Positions 27,075 to 41,029 are shown, counted from the stretch's first letter. The stretch: DNA of 64,000 nucleotides from Octopus sinensis (GCF_006345805.1 NC_043004.1:73718001-73782000); one strand, 5' to 3'. The notes: generated from the letters alone by a model not told the origin. Numbers and translations are program-made.

Positions 27075-27385
27075 CCACATGTGATCCCGTGACCGATCAG
27101 GCCATCAGATGTTGCTACACATCGCTGGTCACAATGCGCTTCGCATTGTTTTAGTTTTCAATGACGCCACCCCGCTGGCTAAGCGAGGAGGCCAAACAGA
27201 AGTAAGAGTGAGAGAAAGTTGCGGTGCAAGAGTACAGCAGGGATCGCCCCCCCCCCTGCCGGAGGCTCGTGGAGCTTTAGATGTTTTCGTTCAATAAACA
27301 CTCAAAACGCCCGGTCTGGGAATCGAAACTGCGATCCTACGGCTGCGAATCCGCTGCCCTAACCACTGGGCCATTGCGCCTCCAC
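27075..27385 (-). mobile_element. tRNA SINE family D, tail type 1
   Basis: Head gtggaggcgcaatggcccagtggttagggcagcgg...gtttcgattccc. Confidence 0.82.
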
Positions 27386-27599
27386 ACATATACATGTACA
27401 CACACACACCACACACCACACATATTATATGTATATCAAAAAGTTAGTATTTATCTCCCACTATAAGTGGATGTTGTGTCAGAACACAGGATATTGCGTT
27501 TTTACCATGGGAGAACCTCTTGTATGCGCTTATGGTGCATAAATATATTTAGGCTGATTGGTATATAGATATATACATGTATATATGTTTGTAGTATGT

Positions 27600-27790
27600 A
27601 TGAATGAAAAGTTCTTAGCTTTAAGAGTATCGTGTAAGACCTGGTGCAAGCCCTACCTTCTGAGTTCTTTTACAGAACTTAGAAAAACTGAAGGACCGCT
27701 GCAATAAGTGTGTGAATCTGAGAAGGGAATATGTTGGAGAAAATCATAATTAACTGATCCTCCTATATTTTCTTTTACCCAAAGCCAAGG
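27600..27790 (+). pseudogene. Mariner transposase C-terminal relic and right end
   Basis: Translates KLKDRCNKCVNLRREYV, resembling the mariner KL..RW.KC...G.Y motif. Ends ccagcaccctctcgt. Confidence 0.6.
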
Positions 27791-27900
27791 ATTTTCCAGC
27801 ACCCTCTCGTTTATCTCAGTAATCTACACACACACGCACATGCACAAATTAACATAATATACATTTATGTATTATACATACATACATACATACATACATG

Positions 27901-27932
<32 letters not shown>

Positions 27933-28135
27933 AATGAGTCATTTAAAGAGGTTAAATGAGAGTTCAACTTGTCGCCGGTTAAGCCTGAAAGGTTGAAAGG
28001 TTAAATATCATTATTGATAAACTCAGATTCCACCTTGATACATTTGCATTCGATTCAGGTATGCAGCTAACCCATTCATACATAGTGTGTATACACCTGT
28101 GCCTGGTTATGCATACGTACGCATGTGTGTGTGTG

Positions 28136-28183
<48 letters not shown>

Positions 28184-28487
28184 ATTATATTTATAGGCAC
28201 CGGCCCCTAAGGCGTCCATCGAATGGAAATTAGTATCATTAAACGTTGAGGAAGTGACCTACCCAGGTCACTGGATTTCTGCTCGTGAGTTGCCATTATT
28301 TGAGATAAATTATTCGTGTTAATGTTATAGATTGTAACACATAAACCTGCCAGAACACGAACGAAGCAGATGTCACGCCAATATTGTCGATGTCCCTGGA
28401 ATTAAGGTCAGCCTTAAGGGGTGGGCGCTTAACCTACGGTTTCACCTTTATAAACTGCTATTCTTTTTCCTTTCTTTCTCTTGGGTA

Positions 28488-28885
28488 CATACTCTTTTAC
28501 TCTTTTACTTGTTTCCGTCATTTGACTGCGGCCATGCTGGAGCACAACCTTTAGTCGAGCAAATCGACCCCGGGACTTATTCTTTGTAAGCCCAGTACTT
28601 ATTCTATCGGTCTCTTTTTGCCGAACCGCTAAGTTACGGGGACGTAAACACACCAGCATCGGTTGTCAAGCGATGGTGGGGGCACAAACACAGATACAGA
28701 AACATATACACACACATACATATATGTATACATATATACGACAGGCTTCTTTCAGTTTCCGTCTACCAAATCCACTCACAAGGCATTGGTCGACCCGAGT
28801 CTATAGCAGAAGACACTTGCCCAAGATGCCACGCAGTGGGACTGAACCCGGAACCATGTGGTTAGTAAGCAAGCTACTTACCACA
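28488..28885 (-). mobile_element. SINE family B copy
   Basis: Both halves plus the internal CA/TA tract. Confidence 0.88.
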
Positions 28886-29137
28886 TTGTTTTTATTTATT
28901 ATCTGGTATATTGATTTTTTTAATCATTTGTACGAAGGCCACAAAATTTTGAGGGAGGGTCCATTGTCAAGCAATTTGACCTCTATTTATGCTTAATTTA
29001 ATCGACCCTGAAAATAAGGAATTTCAAAGTGAACCCCGTTGGAACTGAACTAAGAATTTATTGACTTAGCTAAATATCACAACAAATTTTCATCCGCTAC
29101 TTTCTGTATCTGTTTTTATTGTCTTTTGTTTTTAATC

Positions 29138-29355
29138 AGGGCGGCAAGATGGCAGAATCTTTAGAACGCCGGGCAAAATGCATTTCGTCTGTCTTCACGT
29201 TATGAGTTCAAATTCCGTCAAGGTCGACTTTGTCTTTCATCCTCTCGCGGTCGATAAAATAAGTACCAGTCAAGTGCTGGGGTCGAGGTAATCAGCTTAC
29301 CCCTCACGCCCCCACCCCTGATATTACAGGCCCTGTGCCAATATTTGAAACCATT
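29138..29355 (+). mobile_element. SINE family A copy (diverged)
   Basis: gagttcaaattcc...gtcgactttgtctttcatcc...gataaaataagtacc. Confidence 0.8.
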
Positions 29356-29880
29356 ATCTTATGTTTAACCAATTAAGTGCAATGAACTAGTTGAATAATT
29401 AGTACGCCAGACAAAATGCTTGATGGCATTTCTTCCGTGTTCACCTTCAAAGTTTAACGTCAGCCGAGGTCGATAAGTCAAGTATCATTTGCATTCTGAT
29501 GTCAAAGTAATTGTCTCGCTCTCTTCCCTCTATATTTCTCAAATATGTATGCAGACATAAATGTCTGGTTAAAAATGTTCGTTATTAATCCATGCTGTTT
29601 TAGATTCCTCCTAATGCGCGGTATCTTGTGTATATGTCTTCTACGATAGCCCCAGCTCTACCAATAACATGTGAAGGAACTTGGTAGACAGAAATTACTT
29701 AGAAACCCGTCATATATATTTGTATATGTGTGTGTGTGTATACATATGTATATATAAATATATATAAATATATATATATATATATGTATGTATGTATGTA
29801 TATATGTATATATGTATATATGTATATATATACATATATATATGTATATATATATATACATATATATATATGTGTGTGTG

Positions 29881-29915
<35 letters not shown>

Positions 29916-29994
29916 TACATGTGTATATATATATATATATATATACATATGTTTATATATATGTATGTAGGTATGTACATATACATACATACAT

Positions 29995-30052
<58 letters not shown>

Positions 30053-30094
30053 GTATGTATGTATATATGTATATATATATATAATATATATATA

Positions 30095-30158
<64 letters not shown>

Positions 30159-30207
30159 ATATGCATATATTTATTTATTTTATATATATATATATATATA
30201 TATATGT

Positions 30208-30573
30208 ACGAACAAAACGCCCCCCGTCCAATGGACGGTGCTGAGTTGTCAAACAATTAAACCAAATTTTCTCAAAACAACTTGTCCGACCTTCCCATAG
30301 GCCTCCCCTTTGAGAAACACTGATTTAACCTAAATTTGAGACACTAGCAAAAGACGGATTTCGACTGATGTACTTGCGCGTACAAATGCACGTTCCCACG
30401 GCTTTATCGATCGCATTCTCACCTGGAATCGATTTTTGTAATTTCTTCAAGACTTATACACGCCCTGATACCGTCGGTATCTACATATCAAATTTGGGCG
30501 CAATCGGATGGAGGATGCCCGAGATCCTAGAAGACACACACACAGACAGATAGAACGGATTTTATATAATAGA
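30208..30573 (-). mobile_element. Non-autonomous Helitron-like element, family Q copy 2
   Basis: Homologous to 21389-21746, with a perfect ccgtcca/tggacgg hairpin. Confidence 0.65.
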
Positions 30574-30815
30574 TATATATATATGTATGTATGTATTTTT
30601 ACACACACACACACATATATATATATATATGTGTATGTATGCACGTATGTATGTGTGGATGCGCATCTTTGTGCTTGTTTCCCGCTTGACAACTGGTGAT
30701 GTTTTGTTTGCTTCGCCGTAACTTAGCGGTTGGGTAATAGAGGACGATAGAATAAGTACCAAATGCATTGCAATGAATGAAACAAGTAAATGGTAAAAGC
30801 TACATTCCCTTACAA

Positions 30816-30924
<109 letters not shown>

Positions 30925-31469
30925 TTACATCACATAACCCACTGGAGAATTCCACGATGAATTACCAATCAGTTATTTCATGGGGTCCTTCGCTTATGTT
31001 CACTTCCCTACAAACATCTGGAACAGTGTGCCAATGTTAGAAATTAATTTATACATAGGTGTGGACTCAGGTTGTGGCGAACAATGCTATTTCCTATTGC
31101 ATTGTATTGCTTTCTATTATAAAGGGGTTTTGTGCCTGTATGGAAATGAAGGGAAGCATTATCCTACAGCATTCTCTCTCTCTTATATGTTTGTATGTGT
31201 AGGGATGTAAACTTACACACATATAACTATGTGTTTTATATACACATATACATTGATGCACACCTTCATATATATATATATATATATATTATATTAAGGT
31301 ATGTAGAATACAATCATGGACAAGAACGTATAACTCATAGAAGACGATTCATATACAACACATACATAATTACATATATCTATATACATACATATACATA
31401 CATATATATTATACATGCATATATAGATAGATATGTATATATATATATATTATATATATATATATAATA

Positions 31470-31515
<46 letters not shown>

Positions 31516-31624
31516 TATATATATACATGCATACACAAATTAATTTGATGCATACAAAGATACTCACACACAGAAAAGAGAAGCAGGAGTAAGGAGGCGG
31601 GAAAGCAGCAGCAGCAGTAGCAGT

Positions 31625-31658
<34 letters not shown>

Positions 31659-31659
31659 A

Positions 31660-31700
<41 letters not shown>

Positions 31701-32344
31701 TATAAAAATAGAGAATTTAACCGGATCCGGAAATATGACAACATTATTCTTTTTACTTATACAAATAAAATAAAAAAACAAAGAAAAATAAAAAACAAAG
31801 AAGAAAAGAAAATGGAAGAAAAAACGAAAGAAATCTATTTCCAGTATTTTCTTTTTTTTCTTTTTCGTTTTCTTTTTCTGTTTTTTTTTTTGTTCTTTTG
31901 TTTGTTTTTTTTGTCTGGTTGGTTTTTCCGTACATTTCGATTAATCTATCAATTCACGCCTGAAGTTACAATGGAAAATGAGAGAGAAAGAAAGAAAGAA
32001 AGAAAGAGAGTGAGTGAAAAAGAGAGAGAGAGGGGGTTGGGAATCGAGAGAAAAGAGTGTGTGAAGAGTAATCGTAAAGGAGTGGTTTGAGAACGGTATT
32101 TAAAGAATTGTATGTCAAATATGAACGAGCTTCTGACTGGATATGATTGACTAGGCAGGTGCGTTAGTGGAAGCTTGTTGTAAACCTGCCCTGCGAGCAA
32201 CGAAGACTGTGCTAAGGACAAGTAAAGATGGAAGGTGGTGATAAGACGGCTGATTAATAGTAGCCAATAAACATTCCTATCATATGAGATGGAAGATGTC
32301 AGCAACACCAGAAACGGTGCCGTAATGTCTTTCTTAATGTAAAC

Positions 32345-32830
32345 CCTTTACGCTGTAATCGACTTTGCCTTTCATCCTTTCGGGCCTTGTGCTTTTAGTA
32401 GAAATTATTATTATTATTATTATTAAGGCGGCGAGCTGGCAGGACGAAATGCTTTGCGAGATTTCGCCTGTCGCTACTTTCTGGGTTCAAATTCCGCCGA
32501 GGTCGACTTTGCCTTTCATCCTTTCGGGATGGATAAATTAAGTACCATTTGCGTACTGGCCCTCTCCCAAATTTCAAGCCTTGTCCCTTCAGTAGAAAGG
32601 ATTATTATTACCAATACGGCGAGCTGGCAGAGTCGTTAGTACGCCGGGTAAAATGCTTTGCGTTGTTTTGTTCGTCTTCATGTTCTGAGTTCAAATTCCG
32701 CCGAGGTCGACTTTGTCTTTCATTTTTTTTGTGTCGATGAAATAACTACCAGTTGAGCACTGGGGTCGATGTAATCGACTTACTCCATTCCCGCAAATTT
32801 CAGGCCATGTGCCCATAGCAGAAAGAATTA
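32345..32830 (+). mobile_element. Cluster of SINE family A copies
   Basis: One partial and two full head-to-tail copies separated by (att)n. Confidence 0.82.
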
Positions 32831-32837
32831 TTATTAA

Positions 32838-32877
<40 letters not shown>

Positions 32878-32878
<1 letters not shown>

Positions 32879-33190
32879 GTCAGTGGTCTTATTTTTATCA
32901 CGTGCTTTCACTGCACTACTGAGCGCAGCTCTATGTGCCTTGAGTATGTGCTGTGGTTTGTTGTGATGCTCTTATTTATACTGTATTAAAAGTGTTTCAT
33001 GTAGGATGCGTGCGGTGCCTAGTAGTGCTATTTTCTGTTTGTTATATATACTTGTTAGTCCTGGTGCTTTTGTTATGTATTTGAGTGTTTTTCTTATCAT
33101 ACCTAACACGCCTACTATGATAGGAATTGTTTCTGTTTTTAGACTGCACCTTCGAGTTACCTCTATTTCCAGGTCTTTGTATCTTGAAAG
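32878..33190 (-). mobile_element. Dong/R4-clade LINE 3' fragment 1
   Basis: LSRYKDLEIEV...TIPIIVGVLGMI...KIALLGTARIL plus 3' UTR ending in (AAT)n. Confidence 0.8.
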
Positions 33191-33296
33191 TTCTCCGTTT
33201 CTTTTAGAGAAACATTACAATCTGCTGGTAATGACAGATCGATTAGAAAACATTTTTTCTTGTTGATCTCTGACAACTATATCTGGCCTATTGGCC

Positions 33297-33363
<67 letters not shown>

Positions 33364-33381
33364 ATTATTATTATTATTATT

Positions 33382-34005
33382 ATGTTTTTTCCTTCTTTCT
33401 TCAAAATTTCTTCCGTTTCTCGCCGAGTGTTTCCCATACACCTAGGGCAGAGAAGGGCATTGTATGCATTCCCAGATTACACTCGACAATTCACAGATAA
33501 AATATGTATTTAAAAATTAATAAATAAATAAATTCATGGATGGATGTTATTTCACAGTGATAGTGCTCTTCTCAGTACACGAGCCGTTCCAGTTAATACG
33601 ATTTTTTGCACTTCCTGTAGGGATGGTAAGCCTGGAATCATTTTCAAATAGGTTTCAGTGCCTTTTTTTATCATTCCTAGAGATCCTACAATCACTGGTA
33701 CTGTAGTCGCCTTGAGATGCCACATTTTTTCAACTTCTATTAGCAGGTCTTTATATTTACTAATCTTGTCAAATTCTTTCACCGCTATATATTGTGATCG
33801 CAAGGGATACTCATGTCAATTAATAAACACATCTTTTTTGTCTGATCTTTTATAATAAAATCCGGTTTATTAGCTTTTATAGTCTGTCGGTCTGCACGGG
33901 GAAGTCCCATAGAATCGACACATTTTACCCCTCAGTCACAGCTTCAGGATGGTGTTTATACCATTTGTCAGCGGTTTTGATTTTATAATACCGACATATT
34001 GTCCA
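33382..34005 (-). mobile_element. Dong/R4-clade LINE 3' fragment 2 (restriction-like endonuclease)
   Basis: WYKHHPE...ILWDFPVQTDR...NKPDFII...CLLIDMSIP...KYKDLLIEVEKMW...VPVIVGSLG. (AAT)n on both sides. Confidence 0.88.
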
Positions 34006-34389
34006 ATTATTATTATTATTATTATTGTTGTTGTTGTGTTGTTGTTGTTTTTGTTGTTGTTGTTGTTGTTAAATAGAAATCATCATCATCATTATCATCA
34101 TCCTCACCATCGTCGTCGTCGTCATCATCATCATTATTGACAATTAGTCTGCAGTCGTTTGCTACAATAGCGTCGAGGGGTGAGGATTCACGGGCAAGAA
34201 ATAAAAATTGGTCTAACATATGCGTTCATGTAAGTGTGTGCGTGTGTGTACGTAGCGTTGGTGTCGTTCAATTTCATTTACTGAAGATAAGACAGTTTAT
34301 TGTATGCTAACCTGTGCATTTTTAGAGACAGGTACTACGACTGAATAACAAAATTAAGTAAACAGTTATCACTAACATACAAACATATA

Positions 34390-35052
34390 CAGCCGTGGCT
34401 GTGTGGTAAGAAGCTTGCTTACCAACTACATGGTTCTGGGTACAGTCCCACTGCGTGGCACCTTGGGTGTCTTCTACTATATCCCCAGGCTGACCAAATC
34501 CTCGTCAGTGGGTTTGGTAGATGGAAACTGAAAGTATGTAAATATGTATGTGTGTGTATATATCTATGCACGTGTGACTTTGTGTCTGTGTTTGTTCACC
34601 CATCACCGCTTGACAATAGGTTCTGGTGTGTTTTCGTCGTTGTAACTTAGCAGTTCGTCAAAAAGGCAGTAGTCAAAAAGTAGTTCGGCAAAACGTACTA
34701 TGCTTTAAAAATATCTCCTGGGGTCGATTTGTTCGACTAAAATAGCCCCAAGGTGATGCTCCGGTATGGCCGTTGTATATACGTATATATATATATATGT
34801 GAGTGTGTGTGTGTGTTGTGTTGTGTGTTGTGTGTGTGCGTGTGTATGTTTGTGTGTCTGTGTTTGTCCCCCCCCAACATCGCTTGACAACCGATGTTCG
34901 TGTGTTTACGTCCTCGTCACTTAGCGTTTCGGCAAGGGAGACTGATAGAATAAGTACCAGGCTTACAAAAAATAAGTCCTGGGGGCGATTTGCTCGACTA
35001 AAGGCGGTGCTTCAGCATGGCCGCAGTCAAATGATTGAAAAAAATAAAAGAA
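34390..35052 (+). mobile_element. Two SINE family B copies (one diverged full copy and one right half)
   Basis: Head at 34390. Tails end near 34770 and 35052. Confidence 0.8.
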
Positions 35053-35264
35053 TAATACATACATACATGCACTGAGACATGCACAATAAAAAAAGTAAAA
35101 AAAAATGATAGAAAAAACAAAGGATCCCGCATTAGCTTAAAGCTTGAGAAATAAAAATGAAAATAAAGGGTTTTAACGTTTCCAAAGTTAGTTTTTCTTC
35201 AAAGACAAATAAATAGGTAAGGTATGGAGAGAGGACGTAGAGTAAGAGAGAGTATTTTGCCGGG

Positions 35265-35662
35265 CGAAATGTGGCGAGTTAGCACGCCGGCGAAATGCGT
35301 AGCCGTATTTCGGCTGCCGTTACGTTCTGAGTTCAAATTCCGCCGAGGTCGACTTTGCTTTTCATCCTTTCGAGGTTGATAAATTAAGTACCAGTTACGC
35401 ACTGGGGTCGATGCAATCGACTTAATCCGTGTGTCTGTCCTTGTTTGTCCTCTCTGTGTTTAGCCCCTTTTGGGTTGTAAAGAAATAGGTATTTCGTCTA
35501 CCGTTACGTTCTGAGTTCAAATTCTGCCGAGGTCGACTTTGCCTTTCATCGTTTCGAGGTCGATAAATAAAGTACCAGTTACGCACTGGGGTCGATGTAA
35601 TCGACTTAATCCCTTTGTTTATCCCCTCTATGTTTAGCTCCTTGTGGGCAATAAAGAAATAA
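35265..35662 (+). mobile_element. SINE family A tandem dimer
   Basis: Internal junction agaaatagg|tatttcgtct at about 35481-35499. Confidence 0.85.
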
Positions 35663-37273
35663 GAGTGAGTATTGCGAAAGAAAAGTTTTCATTGAAATTC
35701 ACAGAATTGAAAATCTTAAAACGGTAATTGAAAATTAATTCAAGTAAAAAACTCGGGATGATGGAGAAGGGCTAAAATTCATGCAGAATTGCCATTCTAA
35801 GGCTGGGGAGTGAAGGGAGCAAGTGGAAGGTGTATAAATGTGTATGCATGAAATGTTGTTTGCCTTGAAGCGGCTATAAAAAGGTGTTGGTGTGTATGTT
35901 GCTGGGTGTGTGTATATGTGTAGCTGAGTGCGTGTGATTTTTACTGGGCGGGTGTAGGATGATGTTGGATGTGTTTAATTATTAAGTTGGCAGAGTGAAC
36001 TTGCACGCGCACTTAAGTGTGCGCGCGAGTATGACTAAAGGTATCGAGAAAGTGATGTGAGATGGCATGTGGAAGTTGAACAGGGTTATTTGTGGGTGTG
36101 AACACCTTAATGTAAAAGAAAAGAGTGTTGGTGACCGTCAGACAGTGAAACACAAATGCGAAGAATTAAAAGTATTCGAGACGCTTAACATACAAGATGA
36201 GATTAACAGTAAACATTTCTTTTAAATTTCGTTTTGGTATTTGGTTTGCAAGGTTCTTTATGTGAGTTCGTGTGTTGAAGCGTATTCTGTTGTGTTAGGG
36301 GAGAGTCATTTCTTTTTGTGCCTTATAATGTAACACACTCACCGGTAAAATTTCCACTTATTTCTTATTTTTATTTTCCTAAAATTTTCGTTGCGTCTTG
36401 CAACCTTTTCAATAGTCTTGACTCTGTCCGTTATTTGCCTTTTTTGTTTGTTTGTGCGCATGTGTGTGGGTCAGTGTGTGTGTGTGCCTATGCATGCATA
36501 TACGTATGTATGTGTGTATGTATGCATGTGTATGTATGTATATATGTGTGTGTATGCATCTGTATATATGTATGTATGTGTGCATCTGTATGTATGTATG
36601 TATACTGCATATTCATGTGCTTGCGTGTCCGTGTTTGTGTATTTTCTATGCATGTGTGTGTGTGTGTGAGCATGTGTTTGTATATGTATGCACCTCGGTC
36701 TCTCTCTCTGTGCATGTCTGTGTGTGTATGTGTGTTATGCAACTATATACCATGTTTGTATGTATGGATGTGCATCTCTATATGTGTGTATCCGTGTCTC
36801 CATATGTGTTCCTGTGTGGAGTAAAGTGTGTGTGTATATATGGTCGTGTGTTTCAGTCTTCATTTGCGTATGTTTGCTTCTTTTAAATGTCTGAGACAGT
36901 CAAAATCCGAAATGCAACGTCAAAAGAGTGATGGAGCAGAAGTGAATGCAAAAATATAAGAAAGTAAGCACTTGCATTCTATTAATGAACATCATATATA
37001 CAGCCGACAAAAGGCTGGATTACTACTTTTTATTGACAGAGTGAAAAACTCAAAATTCAAAATCATAAACTCTTCTAGCCTGTATATGTGTTCGTGTGCA
37101 TTGTGCTTAATGATATCGCCCTCCCACTGTTTTCACTTTTAGCATATAGTTAAATAAGTTAAACTGCGTGATTTTTAAGAGGACAAACTGAAGGAGTGCG
37201 GATGGATTGAGTTTCATTCACTAAAACTGCTGAATAGTTTGATGTTTCAAGATATACAGAGTCTGCTAAAATC

Positions 37274-38005
37274 ATGGTTGTATTTCAAAACCATGATAAA
37301 ACCAGCTCTGACAAGTTTCTGGACGGAAGGCAAAGTTGAGTAGTGTGTCTAAAACTCATCGAATTTCAGTCGCTAAAGTGAGAGAAGAGTTAGTCCCCCA
37401 ATTTGCAAACATCGTGAAACTGTTGGCTTTGACCTCCATGATGTTGGATACCACTGTGCGACCGCTAAACCTCTCCTGTGTCAGATAGACATTGATAAGC
37501 GAGGGAAATGTTATTTAGCAGAATGGGTCAATGGGTCAATGCTGGTGAATTATCATTTGCCATTTTCCCTAGCTGAGGACGAGTTTATGTCTGGAGACAA
37601 CCAAAGAAACCGTCAGCCTGCCTTGGCATATGCTGTAAAGCATGGAGGTGGCTTTGTGATGATTTGAGGAACCATATCATGGAATTCTTGGTTTTTTAGC
37701 TGTTGTACATCGAAGAGTTAACACCAAGAATTGAGTATTTTGGTTGATAATGTACATACTTCGCTACAAACATTGTCCCTGATTGTAGCACAGCCATCTA
37801 GGATGATAATACACCAATTCCTGCGACCAGTGCCATTCAAAATTGGTACAAAGAGCACAAAGGTGAAGTAGACCACATGGACTGATCACCCCAATCACCA
37901 GATCTCAATATAATCGAATATTTATGGTGCATTCTAGAGCAGCAAGTCAGGAGCTGTTTCCCTCTCTCATCCTGTCTGAATGAGTTAAAACAGATTTTTC
38001 TCCCC
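37274..38005 (+). pseudogene. Tc1-like DD36E transposase pseudogene
   Basis: GRVYVWRQP, VKHGGGFVMI, then DDNTPIP...SPQSPDLNIIEYLW. D codon at 37805 and E codon at 37916 give a 36-residue spacer. Heavily decayed. Confidence 0.82.
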
Positions 38006-38313
38006 TGATAGCCGTTCGGAATGTGTAGGTATGAATTCCTTGTATTTTCTGCACAATCACCTGTACATTTTCCAATGTCTCTTTTCTTTTAAAGATGGCC
38101 GGGCATTTTTTAAAAGAAATTTACCAGCTATTTCTAACAGGGCAAGCTACCGATTGCCTGCGTATGTCTATATATATGTTGTGTGTGTGTGTGTGTGTGT
38201 GCATTCGTGTGTGTGTGCATTCGTGTGTGTGTGCATTTGTGTGTGCGTGTGTGTGTGTGTGTGCGCATGCGTGTGTATGTGTGTGTGTATGTGTGAGTGT
38301 GTGTGTGTGTGTG

Positions 38314-38347
<34 letters not shown>

Positions 38348-39031
38348 TGAGAAACCCTAATCTCAGAGATCTTAAGAAAACAGTAAATTCTTTATGAAAC
38401 AGATCCGAGATCCAGTTAATCATTTCTCATTTGGATAGCATTTCACTGGCGTTGTTAATTCCATCAGAACACTGCGACGGGTGGGAGCGGCTAGTGATGA
38501 TGGTGGATGCTTAAGGAAGAGTGAGATACGCAGAGAAACCTGGCAGAGGAGGGTGGGGAATAAACAAACCATAAAATAAACGGTTAATAAAATATCTGGG
38601 AAAAAATGTAAGCTAATCAAGTAAGAATTTCTTCGGAATCAGCGAAGTGAGAGACTAGGTATTTTGTCCTACAGTTTCACTTTCTCTTAAAGTTGCCCCA
38701 TTAGATCTACTCGAGCAGAACCATTAGCAAAGAAAAGATAACCGATATTACTTTTGGGACCAATGATAGAGGACCAATGGTATTAAAATTGATATTAGCT
38801 AAACAGAATAAATAAAGATTGGTATTAATTAAACTGAATAAATAAGCCAAAATATAGTTTTTCAGGGTAACAAAATGCTGTTATACTATACCTCCGTTGT
38901 AAATTGGATTCTAGGAGCGATTGATCAATAGATAGAAAGATAGACAGATAGATAAGAAATAGGTGGACAAATAGATACGTTCATATGGTTCTACCCACAC
39001 ATACGCAAACACAAGCACCAAACATATTCGC

Positions 39032-39068
<37 letters not shown>

Positions 39069-39419
39069 ATGTTTGGATATATGGATGTATGGATGTGTGT
39101 TTGTATGTAAACACATTTAAATATACTAAGACATACCATAAGAATTTTATAAACTTTAGACAGGGCGTGAAATAACTGTTTTCTGGAATATCTCGAAGCA
39201 CACACATAAAGCTATAAATAATAGGACATGCAGTTCGAATCCCATGGCCAGGTTTCCACTTTTTCTCCCCGAAAGTGTTTCTCAACTTAATATCTAAATA
39301 TTATTGAGCTGTCCGGAAAGTTCGTGCCGATTTATAGAAGCATCTGAAAATTTGAACTATATAAATATATATATGCTCGCGCATGCGCGTGTGTTTTCTG
39401 CGATGATCTGACAAGTGGT

Positions 39420-39970
39420 GTCGATATTAAATAATAATGATAATACTTTATAGGCGTAATGCTTATAAGCGATCACCGTTCATTGACTATGGAAAATAGT
39501 CTAATACTGGGGCATTTACTCCCTCGATGGGAAAAAAGTAGGGTATCCCACTCTTCCATGTTTTCGTGACAAGTGTGCTACCCTTACACCAACCTCGCTT
39601 CTTCCCATCAGATTTAAGTACTATAATTTCACAGTGTTGTTTTTATAAACAAACTTACATGTGCGTTTTCTGCGAAGATTTGCTTCGCGGTGTCGATTTT
39701 ACAATTCTGTAAATAATAACGGTAATAATTTATAAGCTTTATGGTTATAAGCGGTCACCGACAAAAAAAGAAAAAGAAAGAAAAAAACGTGGGGTACGTT
39801 AGTGTAGGGGTTGCACACTTGTCGCAAAAACATCGAGATGAGGGATCAAGCCCCAGGCATACGGAAAACCCGACTTTACTCCTTGAGGGTTTATATGCTC
39901 CAATATCAGACTACTTTCCTTAGTTAATGGACAATTATCGCTTATAAGCTTTAAGCTTATAAAATATTAT
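39420..39970. mobile_element. Two adjacent copies of a TIR element carrying a tRNA-like cassette
   Basis: TIR ttataagcgatcaccg...gaaaatagtctaata. Internal gcacacttgtcac motif on the minus strand (~39540-39600) and the plus strand (~39790-39860). Confidence 0.7.
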
Positions 39971-39972
39971 TG

Positions 39973-40037
<65 letters not shown>

Positions 40038-40059
40038 ATAATATCTATTAATATATATA

Positions 40060-40385
40060 GCGCAGGAGTGTGGTAAGTAGCTTGCTTAGCAACCACATGG
40101 TTCCGGTTTCAATCCCACTGCGTGGCACCTTGGGTGAGTGGATTTGGTAGACGGAAACTGGAAGAGGCCTGTCGTATGTGTGTGTGTGTTTGTCCCCCCC
40201 ACCATCGCTTAACAACCGATTGTCGGTGTGTTTAGGTTCCCGTAATTTAGTGGATCGGTAAAAGAGACCGATGGAAGAAGTACTGGGCTTACAAAGAATA
40301 AGTCCTGGGGTCGATTTGTTCAACTAAAGGCGGTGCTCCAGCATGGCCCAGTCAATGACTGAAACAAATAAAAGAATAAAAGAAT
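40060..40385 (+). mobile_element. SINE family B copy with internal deletion
   Basis: Head gcgcaggagtgtggtaagtagc and tail ggcggtgctccagcatgg. Confidence 0.85.
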
Positions 40386-40395
40386 ATATATAATG

Positions 40396-40435
<40 letters not shown>

Positions 40436-40753
40436 TTTTTATATACAGCCTTAAGACATTTATTGGATAGCCGTTGACTCTCATAGTTCTTCTTCCGCCC
40501 TTTGACGGGTTTGTTTTCATCTCGCAGGGTGTCCCAATAAACACCCTCTTCCCCCAAGCAAGCTTGTGGGGTTGCCGTTTTAGTCGCCGACGACCCGACC
40601 ATGCAACAGGTTGTACTGGGTTAGTTGCGAATTGTGTACAAGACATTGTAGATCTTTAGCTGGGCTAACAAGTCACATTCGATCACAGCACCAGTAACAG
40701 TTAAGCTTCGTGCAATGGCCATACTTGATAACGAAGGAGCAACCATAATATGT

Positions 40754-40791
<38 letters not shown>

Positions 40792-41029
40792 GATAAAAAG
40801 ATACAAGAAAAGTACACAGAAAAAATGTAGTTTCGCAGTTTCGTTAACACTTGCAACCACACTGTTGGCTTCAGTGTGCTAAGAGCTATAAAGAAATGCT
40901 TGCTCGAGAAAAAAGGTTTAGCGAAAAGGAGGCACCAAGACAGTGGACTTCGTGGTATTAATGGACAAGGCAACGCGTACGAGTATATAGCTTTAAGTAC
41001 GAAGGCAAACAATGTATGACATTATAAAA

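Noticed and set aside
31949-32308. 119 aa minus-strand ORF in unique sequence
   Set aside because: No recognisable motif, it runs into a GA microsatellite, and no clear splice sites bound it.
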